Positions 31,842 through 43,800 of a stretch of DNA of 64,000 nucleotides are shown here, piece after piece. Positions within the stretch are counted from its first letter, which is position 1. Every line of letters starts with the position of its first letter. The notes beneath the pieces are model-generated. The model was not told the origin of the DNA. It was given only the letters and a program-made list of their open reading frames with translations, and searched no databases. The position numbers and the translations under genes were made by a program. The stretch is from NCBI GenBank assembly GCA_963924565.1, contig OZ004610.1, positions 7,812,001-7,876,000 on the forward strand, given 5' to 3'. The DNA comes from Ascidiella aspersa (Eukaryota).

Positions 31842-34800
31842 ATGCCGCGACGCAAACAAGAACCGCAAAAGTTTTTGGAACCGGAAAGTAAAAAGGCCAA
31901 AGATGATGAAAACAAAGCACCTAGTCCAACATCTGATGATGTTAAAGATCCTGATTCTATCAAGGCGGAAATAGTGCGAGAAGTGGAAAATGGAGCGTCC
32001 AACAAAAACACAATTGCAAGTATTTCTATTTACATTTGAAATAGATATAAGTTTTCATATAATTTATCAAAGGATGCCTAAAGAAATTAGGAAGCTGGCT
32101 ATTTGCCTGCCAACCCGTTACCATACAAATTTAGACCACCTTACTTAAAATTTAGAGTAGCGTTTTAAGTTGTGTAAATGGCTTAGTTTAATGCAATTTA
32201 GCTTATTATGATGGATAAACTGATATTTTAGAAACTCTCCTTGCCTAAAGAGTCGGGAGAACTCCTTATTACGGGTGGAACTAACTGGAGCGTCAATGGC
32301 CGAAGAAAAGCAAGAAAGGGAGATGGTCAGTAAAAAAAAAAAGTTCTTATCTGTATGTTGAACTTCGAGGACTTCAGTCAGAATACTCTCAAAACTATGG
32401 ATAAGTTCATTTTTAATGCATTAACAATAAAAAAAGTTTGAATACATGTTTATTTACAATAATGTGTTTGTCCCAACTTTATCTTTTTTTTTATAATTGT
32501 TACTGGTTAGTAATGAAATAATCAGATTGAAATCTTATCTTAATAACTCCAACTATCGGTATGTGAATAAAAAACAAGTTTCAGGTGTCCCTATGTTGCT
32601 ATTGCGAAGGAACTGTAAATGTCGAGAAACAATGTGACCGTAATTCTTACCTTCTTGTGTCTTTTCCAACCCTTATTTTTGTTACATAATATAGAAAAGT
32701 ACGAAAACATCGGCAAGAACCTGTTCAAGCCCCATCGCTACAAATCGATGTGTGGTGTGAAAGTCAGCAAGGCAATATCTGGCTGTTGTTCCAACCACAA
32801 CATTGTTATAACCGATGAGGGAAGGGTTTACTCTTGGGGTAAGTAGCCAAGCGAATCCGTTTCTTACTAGCTGCCATTAATCATTGTAAAGTTGTTTTTG
32901 GTTGGGTCTGGGTCTATCAAGATTGACTAAAAAAATATGTTGTGTTTCCAGAGGATGTTGTTGTTTATTAAAAATAGTGTTAACTAGTTGCAAATATGTG
33001 GCAAGCATTGGTGTATGATTGTTTCTCGACTCACTTGTCTCTGAGCCCATGTATCTCAGTTAGTAGAGCGACCGTCCCAGTTTGACCAGAGGTTGTGAGT
33101 TAGAACCTCACTGCAGATTAGTTGTTTTTCTAGCCTGCCCTGCTTGCATCATTGATCGACAGATTCGGTGAGTCTGTAATGGCTTTTGGTGTACTGATGA
33201 AATAGGATTTATTATTATACAATGAAGCTATGAATATTTAAAAGCTCAGGGCCAGTCACCTTTTATAAGATACAATTTAAATTATAAGTTGTCTTTTTAA
33301 TCCCATTCATAGCAAGTGTACCTTTGCGATGATATGTGCTTGAGATCGATCAATACCACTTTCTTGGACTGATAACAATTTCTAATATCGATATCGATTT
33401 TTTATATACCTTGGATATGGTAATAATTTTAATTAATTGAAAATAAAATGCTTATTTATTTTTTTAGTGTAAGCATAGATTGTCTCAGCAGTGTTTTATT
33501 TTGTATATCCATTTAGTTTAAATTACTAGTTTTCTTTTTAACATGATTACGTCGTAGCAATTGCACTACAAGAATTGTGCCGAATACAATTAAAATTTCC
33601 AAAGTCTTTGTTTTAGTGTAAATGAAAACCTGCTTATTACAATAGTCAACTCAATGTTCTTCTAAACATGAGCCATCCTATTGCTGCTTATCTTTCTTAG
33701 GTCGTAATGAAAGTGGTCAACTGGGCCACGGCGACCGGGACCGCTATGACCTCCCGACCCCGATCCAGTCCCTTCAGCAATATGTTATTGTGAACGCCAG
33801 TACCGGAAAGAATCACACCCTGTGTCTGACAGAAAGTGGAGAAGTCTTTGCTTTCGGGGATAACAGTCAGGGCCAACTTGGCTTAGGTAAGATGCTATAA
33901 CAAACTCCAAAAAAACTATAAAAAAAGTTTTCTATAAAAAAGTTACTGTGCAAAATACATTGGTCTTAACTACAAATATGCCAAATCAAAGCTTTGTGTC
34001 AGCAACAGCTGATAGTTCTACACAATGGGTGGCTAAATATTTGAGTCTATCATCACTGGAAAAAATTATTAAATGAACATTATAAAGTATATGATGTCTT
34101 TTCAGTTTTATTTGTACAAATTTTATCACCCGTCTTGTTTTGTTTTTTTAGGCAACTTAAGCACCAATGTTCCTAGCCCAACCCGGATAGCTTACCATGG
34201 CCATCCAATCGTTGATATTTCTTGTGGAGGTGACTTCAGTGTGATCTTGGACTGCGAAGGCGACGTTTACTCATTTGGCTGTTCAGAATATGGTCAGCTA
34301 GGTAAGCAAAGTTTGTGTTTTAATTAGTGGTAGTTTTCACTCATGTGCTGTTAAATTTTTACTTTTAGCCACCACAAATTTTTAGCGCAAATGACTTATA
34401 TAATGCAAATGACGTTATATAAAACGTTAACAAATTGTCACGTGTGAGTAGCCCTATGGAAAAAAAGGGAAAAAGGGCATATTTGTGCTAAATAGTCCCA
34501 GTGTTTATTTGTAATATGTGCTATTGTCTCAATATCCAGAAATAATCTAACTTGACTTGATTAGCCTTTAAATAATAAATTTGTTTGGTTCAAAGGAGAT
34601 TCCTGTTTTAATATCTTATTCTTATCTCCAAGGTTGGTTTCCTATTTTCTACACATTTTTTTCTTCAGGAAATAACACCGATGGTCAGTATCTAGCTACT
34701 GGAAACAAGATTGCTTTCGATAATGTGAAGAATGCCTTCCGTATACCGCTCTGGGTTGAGAAGTTAAAAGGCGGCCAAGTGGTCCCTGTTACAGGGGTGA

Positions 34801-37050
34801 AAATCACCAGCATCGCATGTGGAATGAACCATGTGGTAGGTTAACGTCAAGTGTTGCATAGAAATGCTTTTAAAGGAAGCTTGTTGGAGAACAAAATATA
34901 AATATTGACAACATCAGAATGGTCTAGCACAGCTGCAAACCAAAATTTATTATAATTTATTCATTTAAACTACTGCATGTCTTTGAATACTCTAAAATCG
35001 GATTGTTGATGTGTTTTTGGAGTCCTACTACACCTTTCGGCCAATATGCTCCCAATATCCCATTATTCACGTTGCCAGTGTTTGAGTACTTTTGCATTTT
35101 TAAATTAAAAACACAATTTTTTAGACCTGTCCCTTTTTAACAGTTTAATTTAGAACAATCTTTGCCATTGTAATACAGCGTACAATAAGATTTTACAAAA
35201 CTATTTAGACTTAAATCTACCCCACGTTGTAACTTCTTTTCAGGTTGCCCTTGATTCCAAGAAACGGGTATTCACCTGGGGTTTCGGGGGTTATGGTCGA
35301 CTTGGTCATTCGGAGCAGAAAGACGAGCACACTCCGCGTCTTGTGCAAGCGTTCGACCGCCAGGGCAGAGGAGCGTTGCAGGTCTACGCTGGATACTCTT
35401 TCTCACTGGCTCTCAATGAAATGGGTTTGTGTTAAGTTTTTACTTGTGTCCAAACAAAAATAAATGTTATTTCTGTATTGCCTTTAAAAAAGGGTTTCTC
35501 TTTGGAAATTGTATTTTAAAAAATTAAACTTTTTACGGATGCTCTTTCTCACTTGCTCTCAATGAGATGGGTTTGTTTTTGTTTTTACTTATGTTCAAAC
35601 GAAAATATATGTTATTTCTGTATTGCTTAAGGGTTTTCTCTTTGTCTTTTAAACAAATAAACTTAAGGAAACCTTTAAACTAACTGTATGGTCTTGTTGT
35701 GTGATATTTCCCTCAAAGGGTCTCCATGCTTGTTACATAAATATGTAGAAATGCATTTATCTTTATCTGTTTTATGTCTGTGTCGAAATTTTAATAGACT
35801 TAAATAGACTGGTGACTTTGGAAATGTTAACCGCTTAAGTTTATTTTTATTTGGATGGCCAAGTCTCTTTGCAGCCTTACTTTCTTTGTAGGCCACTTTT
35901 CCAACGTCATAAGGTGTACTAATATTGTTGAACATAAAAATCTCAGATTTCAGTGTTAAACAATTTAGCATATATAAATCCCTTCCAGGTTCAACTTTAT
36001 TCTGGGGACTTCAGGGAAGCATTAGCAGCCGTGAAACAACAATGTATCCAAAACCAGTGGCAGATTTACAGGTATAACTATTTTAATTGAAAGGACTTTG
36101 CCCAGAATTTGTCAACAAAAGTATTTAACAAAAGCGTGGGATTGCCCTACTTTAAACTTTGCCACAGAGACATGCGGTATATAAACCGTTCTTAAAGAAA
36201 ATGTTGTTGGATCGTCAAATACGTGTTTGTACTGCTCAACTTGCCAAATATTAAGTTTACTTGTCAAAATAAAATATTACACGCTAAAAACACTGGAGGG
36301 AAAGTACTTTTTCCTCCAGTTTGAAATTTGCTTGTTAACATAAAGTTAAACTTTTGTAATCGAACACTTCTATTTACTTAAAAAGTACAGTGAAACCGAC
36401 ATGACTAAACTCCTATTGGACTAAACGTTTGGAAACTACATATTGTATTAACCCAGGGCTGGAAGGTTCGTAGCATCGGGTGCGGATATCGTCACACCGT
36501 TGTAGCAGCTGACGAGAGCGTCATTGTCTGGGGAACTGGCACCAGCAACGGAGAACTGGTAAGCTCGTAAAACTAACGCTTTGTGGTTAAAAAAAACATT
36601 TTTTAGTTGATTTTTCTGGCAAATTTCTAAGCAATGCACTATAATGCAATATCGTGACCTGTCCGTAGAGGTAGAAATGCACACGCCGCATATTTTTGAG
36701 AAAACCAAATTCCCCCCATTATTAGGTTCATCTCTGGTACATCAATTTAGACGGCAAAAGTGTTTTTCGGTGCTGTCACAATTCGCGCTGCTTTACCTCC
36801 AGTTTAAACGCAATTTTAAACGATTTTTAAAACTGCGATAAAAAACACGCCGCATTTTAACTTATAGGGTTTGGGCGAATCGCGAAAGTCTAGCGCCAAC
36901 CCTGACCTTATGAAGAGCGCGGCCGGCCTGTTCATCAGGAGAGTGGAGTGCGGACAAACTCACACCCTCATGATCGCCAGGAACGAGACCGACAAGGACC
37001 AAGACGCACTCAGCGAGATTCCAGTCTACGACCCGAAGCCGGCTCCCTAA
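31842..37050 (+). CDS. RCC2: Protein RCC2 (TD-60), RCC1-repeat beta-propeller, 10 exons
   Basis: Exons 31842-32015, 32232-32325, 32695-32838, 33701-33886, 34152-34301, 34669-34835, 35244-35424, 35989-36071, 36457-36558, 36868-37050 join in frame. RCC2 motifs GELLITGGTNW, YSWGRNESGQLGHGD, FTWGFGGYGRLGHSEQKDE and MYPKPVADLQGWKVRS. Confidence 0.93.
33045..33148 (+). mobile_element. tRNA-derived SINE fragment
   Basis: A-box-like tctcagttagtagagc and B-box-like gagttagaacct; the 3' part matches the reverse complement of 21657-21717. Confidence 0.65.
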
Positions 37051-38769
37051 CTCTTTTTTGCCGTTGAAATAATGAAGGTTCATGTTCATCGTGTTTAGGT
37101 TTCGAATTCTAGTCGTTGTTTCCCTTTGAGGTCTGGAGCTCCTTTTTCATACGTTTTTCGATAGTACTTGATTCTCCTAATTAAAGGCCAAACCGAAGCT
37201 GGCTCCCTAGCATTTTTGCCCCTGAAAAAATAAAGGTTCGTCTTAAACGTGTTTACTACTGTTTAGCTTTCGAATTCGAGTCGTTCGTCTCTTAGAAGTC
37301 TCCAGTTCATTTTTGTACGTTTTTCTTTACCACTTGATTCTTCTAATTAAGGTAAAACTAGAGGACGCCATTCATGTAAGGAAATGTGTGTCGTGTTTTT
37401 GCTTTGCTTATCGGTACAATTTTGGTTCTCCTTGGCAAAAGGCAAAACTGGATAACGTAAACGTACTCTAAAAATCTCGTAACTTCAAGTCTATGTCTTT
37501 GTATACGTTTGTATAGTTAATGCTGTTTAAAACTTAAGGTAAACTCATTTGGACGTTTTGAAATATATTGTGTCTCGTGAAATTTCCCTGTTTGTCAGAA
37601 AATCGGGACTTGAAATTTTTTAAGTGGTCCTTTACATGCGTTTTAATTGCATTTCTTCGCGTTTCCTGGACTATCCTTTTATTCGAAACCCATCAGGTTT
37701 AAATAACTGTTCCTTGTCTCAAAATTCTTACCCTTAAAATTTACAGATCGGTGTGTGCGGTTTAAAGTAACTCTTAGGTAAACCCTTTTTTCACATCAAG
37801 TACTCTCCCCCCCTAATTTGGGTGGTTAGGTTTATATTGTTTTTTCTGTGTAAATGGAAATTTAAAGGGGCCTGTGCCTTGGATAAAATTACAAACAGGC
37901 TCGTGTATGTTGTTTGTTTGCTAAAATGTCTAGAAGTATAAACCGTGCTCAGTTTAAACATTTTTCATACAACTTGTTACTTCTTATTGCGCTTCGCAAC
38001 ATCGCGACGTATGTGCTTAACTTGACCCTCGTTCTTTCAACATCTGAACTGCTAATTTGAACTCCATGTCTTGATTGCGTTTAAGGCTCAAGCTACCGGC
38101 ATGTTAATCTGTTTAAACGTTTGCGGTTAAACTTATTTTGTCGCGCTTGCAGCTTTCAAATATAGTAGCCTGCTTTGTCATTTGAACCGTTAGCCGCTAT
38201 TTCATAAGAGCGTAAAACAAATGAACGCATTTTTAGTTGCTTCTTTTTTTGACCTTTCAAAACTTGGTGCCGTCGCTTTGTTTGGCTTGAAACACCAAAC
38301 GTTTTGTTACTGGCAAAGAGAACTGACAAATTTTGATAACTGTAAAAAAGTGCGTAAAGGGCATCCGTGGAGTTAAACATGCGTTTTGGGGGTTTTGTGG
38401 AATCCTATCACCCTAACAAATGCTTGAAAGAAGTGACTTGATACCTTCACATGAAGTGATGATTTATCATCATCTAACAGAAGTATTTTTTATTCTGTGA
38501 AAAAATCTACATTATAGTTACTTTTTTTAAGTTTCAAGCTCCTGTTTTTTTCTATGTAGAAAAACTCCATCTGTGAATTAAATTACCACTTGTTCACCAA
38601 CATAGAACGTTAAAAATTGTGTTTGTCTGTCTGCGTGGATATTAGGTCGCCCAGCTGATAACATTACCTTTTCGTTTTTGTACAACGCGTAATGTCCCCG
38701 TTTTTTCCATGTTGTCTTCAGTTTTATGTATGTGGGCAAACCCATTTTTTCAGCATTGTCCCACTAACT

Positions 38770-38835
38770 TTTCAGAGTTCAAAGCATTATTTCCCAATGT
38801 TGTTTCAGAGTTCAAAGCATTATTTCCCAATGTTG
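38770..38835. repeat. Perfect 33-bp tandem duplication
   Basis: tttcagagttcaaagcattatttcccaatgttg occurs twice in a row. Confidence 0.9.
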
Positions 38836-39682
38836 AACTATTTTTTAAATAGTTTTATGCATACTTCTCAATTAGATTAAATTAAATGGCTGCCGCGATT
38901 TTTGTACTATTTTTTTGTTACTGCCCTCTTTTAAACCAAGTTCATTTTTTGTAACTGTCAAAAAATAGGCTGTATTTAATAAACACACAATAATTTCAAC
39001 ACATTTTTGAATTTCATCCATTTATATGCCATTAAAGCATGTGTTCTTCTTTTTAAAGAATATGACGCAACATTTATTTGTCTAACTTTGAGATTCGTGT
39101 GCTGTGTACAGTCAAGCACCTCGGATAATGCGTTTACAGGTACTGACGAAATTACCCCGTCTTCTATCACGCGTGTAACCTTTCTTGTTTTTCACATTTC
39201 GTCGAAAAATTCTTGATAGGGTTCTTTCGTTCTACTTGTTACTAAAGTGCAAATTGGCTAGTTCGTTCGCTGTGTTGCCATTTTTTCCTAGCGATTATAG
39301 ACGCTTGCAGTATAATGCGTCGTCAAGATATACTATCGAGAAATTCAACTACTGCTTGCAAAATATCCTTACCGTTTCTGAATTCGCTCCTATGCACAGA
39401 CATCCTGGCAAAACAGTGACCCTACCTCTAAACACCCAAAGAAAACAACATAATTTAGCTAATTCCCCGTGGCGAAGTGCCTGTTTCTTCTGCTGTGTTT
39501 TTCACCGTCTCTAGCAAAGAAATTATAAGTTCATTCCCTACCGCTACCTTGAAAACGGACTCGATTTGTGTATTGCTTGCGACCACGAGCTTTTTGACGT
39601 GTATGTTTGTGACTTTTTCGTAATAAACGGTACCCTTGAGGACAGGAAATGATGTCGTCTGATCATTTTTATCCTTCTAAAT

Positions 39683-40166
39683 CAGTGGTTCCCAAATTGT
39701 GATACGCGTACCACCGGTGGTATGCGAGAGTCTTTCAGGTGGTGCGCGACTTCGCATAAATTTTGTGAAAACTTTGAAAGCATCTATATAAATTTCCGAA
39801 AACTTTCAGATTGGGTAATTTGCAATGTTGCGTTTTAGTTACCTTTAATTTGAGGTTTCGCATGTTTCTGACGTAACACTTATGTTGTTCAAGATAATAA
39901 AACGTTAATTGTTAGCAGCTGATGGAGAAAAAATCCAACTCATTAAAACTATTTGCTGTGTTTTGTTTAATTTATGGCTTTTATGTCTACTTGGAATGAC
40001 ATATGTCAAAGTTACAACTACATGCTCATTTTCTTATCTATATGCCAAAATAGTTATAGTTTGAGATATTCTAGTCATATGTAGGCTTAACTTAACTGGT
40101 ACATGATCACTGTAAAAAAGCTTAAATGGTACTCAAATGGTACGCGAACAAGTTTGGGATTCACTG
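39683..40166. mobile_element. hAT MITE
   Basis: TIRs cagtggttcccaaa / tttgggattcactg; TSD ttctaaat / ttttaaat. Confidence 0.8.
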
Positions 40167-40880
40167 TTTTAAATTAATGCAGATATTTATCTTCTATTTT
40201 CGTAAGCAAACAAAACCTAAACCAGTAGATTATTTGGCGGCGCCTTCTAATTCTGTTTGTATTTGTCGGATGCCAGGAATATCGTTTGGCAGATAAAGTT
40301 ACCGCAAGACTACCTCACTACTAAATCCGCCGCTGCGGAGAATTTGTCTAATTTCTGCATCTGGGTATAAGCGATTTAACTATTTTAAAAGTTATTAATT
40401 GCAAAGAGTTGTTCTCGACTTGCATTGCTATAGCAAGATTAGAACCTAAACTTAACTTTTATTTACAACTGCCTGACACAAAGTTAGTCGCTTGTAAAGC
40501 AAGGATAACTAAGTAATTTAATTAAAAACTCGGTACCCAGTCTAGGGACTCACGGAGTTACTCTGGATTAAAAAAACCGTTTTGTTTACCTGTAATCTGG
40601 TCTAATGCAGTGTACTACTGATGCCTAATATAGGAAGGTGATAATCTCTGGAAATGTGAAAAAAGCATTAAACGTTCTCGCAAAAAAGATTTCGGACCAA
40701 TCACGTGATACATTAAAAAGCACTTGTTTTTTCATAAATAAAATACCTTTCTGTAAACTAATTTTTGGCGGATTTTACGGTTCAATCAACCTGTAGTTCC
40801 ATTGCCTATGCCTATAATTATATTGTCAATATGGACACTGGTTCTACTGAAACGTAAAACAGTTCCTCTTTTTCCAACAC

Positions 40881-43800
40881 ATGGCTAACATTGCTACACA
40901 GGAGATGGTAGTTCCCGGTTAAGCACAACGCACTGGTGTATAATGTTGCTAACATGCTAAAGAAAAATTGAAATCAGGGTAATGCGGTAATATTGAAAAG
41001 CTGATTTTTCACCTTAGCGAACCAAATGTAAGTTAAATTTTGTTTAATAATGTTACTATCTATCAATGTTTAAAACAGCTTTAAAACGACAGCTGGCACT
41101 GGCCTAGAATCCGACCATTTTTTACAGTAACAAAACGACTTGGCTAAATTGTAATTGCATTGAAGAAGTTGACAAAATAGTAATACTTGACCCACTCGAA
41201 CGGCAAATCGCACCTTAACTGAAACTATGTTAACAATTCTTAAAACTGAATACGAATATGGAAAAGTTCTACACCGGTACTTATTGAATTTTCTTTTGTA
41301 CATCATTAAAATGCTTAATTAAACGGGGCTGAACAAATCAAACAATTATTAAATCAATGTTCAATGTTTGGTTAGGGTGCTGGTTAGGGTGCAGGTTAGC
41401 GTCTGGGTTAAGCATTATTATTTTCATCTAAATAATGTGTGTTGTGGTAGGATTCTTGACCAGTGCCAAAAAACTTTTGAATATTTTTAGGCTGTTATTG
41501 TCTGAGTTTTCTGAAATTTGTAAAAGCATGATTGGCAAATTTAATGCGAACTTGTCCAATTTGAACTGGAAATATCTGCAAAGTTCTGATATTGTAACTA
41601 TTGCGATTGATTAAGTTTAATTTATTTGCAACAATAGTAACAATTATTATTTGCACACACATTTTTTTTCACAATTTTTTTTTTTTACAGGGCTAATCAA
41701 TGCATACAGGGCTAATCAATGCATTTTTTTTTCACAATTTTTTTTTACAGGGCTAATCAATGCATTGAAGATATTTGCGAGGCAGTCCCGACAAAGCAAT
41801 GGTTTGAGTATGTTCGCAAACTTGGCCTGTCTGACAAGGAAATTGAAAACGAGATGAACAGCGGTGATCCTTTTTCTGAAAAGCAAAACCAAATGATTCG
41901 AAGATGGCTTAATCTTATGGGTATGACCAAACAGAAAAGTCACCCAACTTGGAATTAATAATGCATTTACTGGCTGTGCAACCCCAAAAATATGTAAATC
42001 TTAAAATTAGCCACCATGTTATTTTGTGTTTTTTCTTTTTATCAAGGATGAATATAGCAGACTATTCTTTTATGTCAGGTTCTTTCCTATTAAGGAGTAT
42101 TTATATCTTTTTCAGTTTTTTTCTTAACGCAGAATTTTTTCTTTTAAAGGTTCTTACCGACATGAACACAGAATATTGTTATTTGAGGTTAAAAAGGAAC
42201 TGTTTTCATCAAGAAACACAACAATTGATGCCCAATTTATTCCAAAACTTCGTTCAAGTAAGAAACAAGTGTAATTCTTCAAAGAATTGTACAAGTATAC
42301 CTATAAAGAGTACATTTTGATTACAACATGTGCTTAATGTATAAAAATTTCACGTTTAAAACCTAACACTACACAAAAACGATTTATACACTACACATAA
42401 AAGTTTTCTATGAGCGTCTTTAGTTCATACACTTGTAACACAACATATATAAAGTTAACCAGGGATGACCGATATTGGATCACAGTTGATACCCCATGCT
42501 AAGTGAAAGTTTTGGTACTTAATCAATACTAAGATGGTATAAGTGCCAATCCGATACTTGATTACTAGACAAATTTCAAGAAGCGATACTAGCTTGAAAT
42601 GCAAATTTATTGAATAATAAACCTAAAGATAACTAAACTTCTTAACGCTGAAGCAAATTTGGGCCTAATGACAAATAAAAGTACCTTTAAATGCTTAAAT
42701 TTCATCTGTTTTGCTTGTTTATATTAATGACATCATTTGGAATCGGATCGGATCGCAATAGTTTTTACTCAGAATATCAGTTATTGGTTTTGGATTAATA
42801 TGTTAAGTATCAGACAATTATTAACACTCTGTAATGATTTACGCTTCTATTATTAACTCTGATTTCTATGGAATATACTTCTGTACGTTTATCCTTTCAT
42901 TGTTGCCTCTCTCCGTAATTATGAATATATATGTGTCCAACATCTTGATTGCATTCTTTGCCTCCCTTTATAACTTGTGTAAGTTCACTATGCTTCGTTA
43001 GTCTTTCCGTTTCTCTATTTGAGTACTCCTTATATTCGTCATCTATTTAACGCTGTTTTTTGTTACAGCGACTCTGTATCGTAATTTGTTAATTAAAGCT
43101 AAGTAAACGTACTTGAGGTCCTTTAGTGTTAGTTACTTCACACTTATCACCCTGGAATAAATATCATGAAAACAAATTTCAGAATTTTGACACTTGTCTT
43201 GTTTCAGGAAGGGACAAAGCTTGGCTTGTGTACTCCTTCATCCACTTCTACACCAATGTGAGCATGTGGACAAACGATATCGTCCGGATGAAGTTTCAAG
43301 TTGACGAGGATCTTATTTCTCATATTAAACACGATTATCAACGAAACATAACTGAGCAGAAGTATCAAGCGTTCGCTTCGTGGATCTCTCAAAATAATTT
43401 TGGTTAGTATATCTAAACACCAGTTACGAATATGACTCCAACCGTCACCCCCTAGCATGCCCATATTTATTTGTAGATTCAAAGCAAGATGTTAACTTTA
43501 AAAAAAAAGCAAATTAAAAAAATAAGGTAACTGACATAACTAGCCCTAAAGCTAACTTGAGCTTATAAACTAAAAAAAAATTATTCCTATTTAAAAATTA
43601 TTTCCTATTAAGTTATTGCTTGGCCATAGTTTATTACATTGTGATCGCAAACTATAGCTGAAATGCCCTTTTTACTTTGGCCTGGACTCCGGATCAATGT
43701 TCGTTCAGACATCCATTTTGAAATGCCAGACTTTGAAAATGTTTTGCTTACATTTTGAATAATGCAAGTTCAAAAGACAAAACGCTAAACTTATAAAATT

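Noticed and set aside
33045-33120. tRNA gene
   Set aside because: The B box is degenerate, there is no clean cloverleaf, and a shared non-tRNA tail points to a SINE.
39180-40560. NF-kB or IRF sites upstream of the DD-DD-TIR gene
   Set aside because: Only partial matches, at a rate expected by chance, and one lies inside a MITE terminus.
41491-41613. Additional exon between the microexon and DD1
   Set aside because: It has a good acceptor, but I found no donor in the phase needed to rejoin DD1 and the frame ends in a stop.
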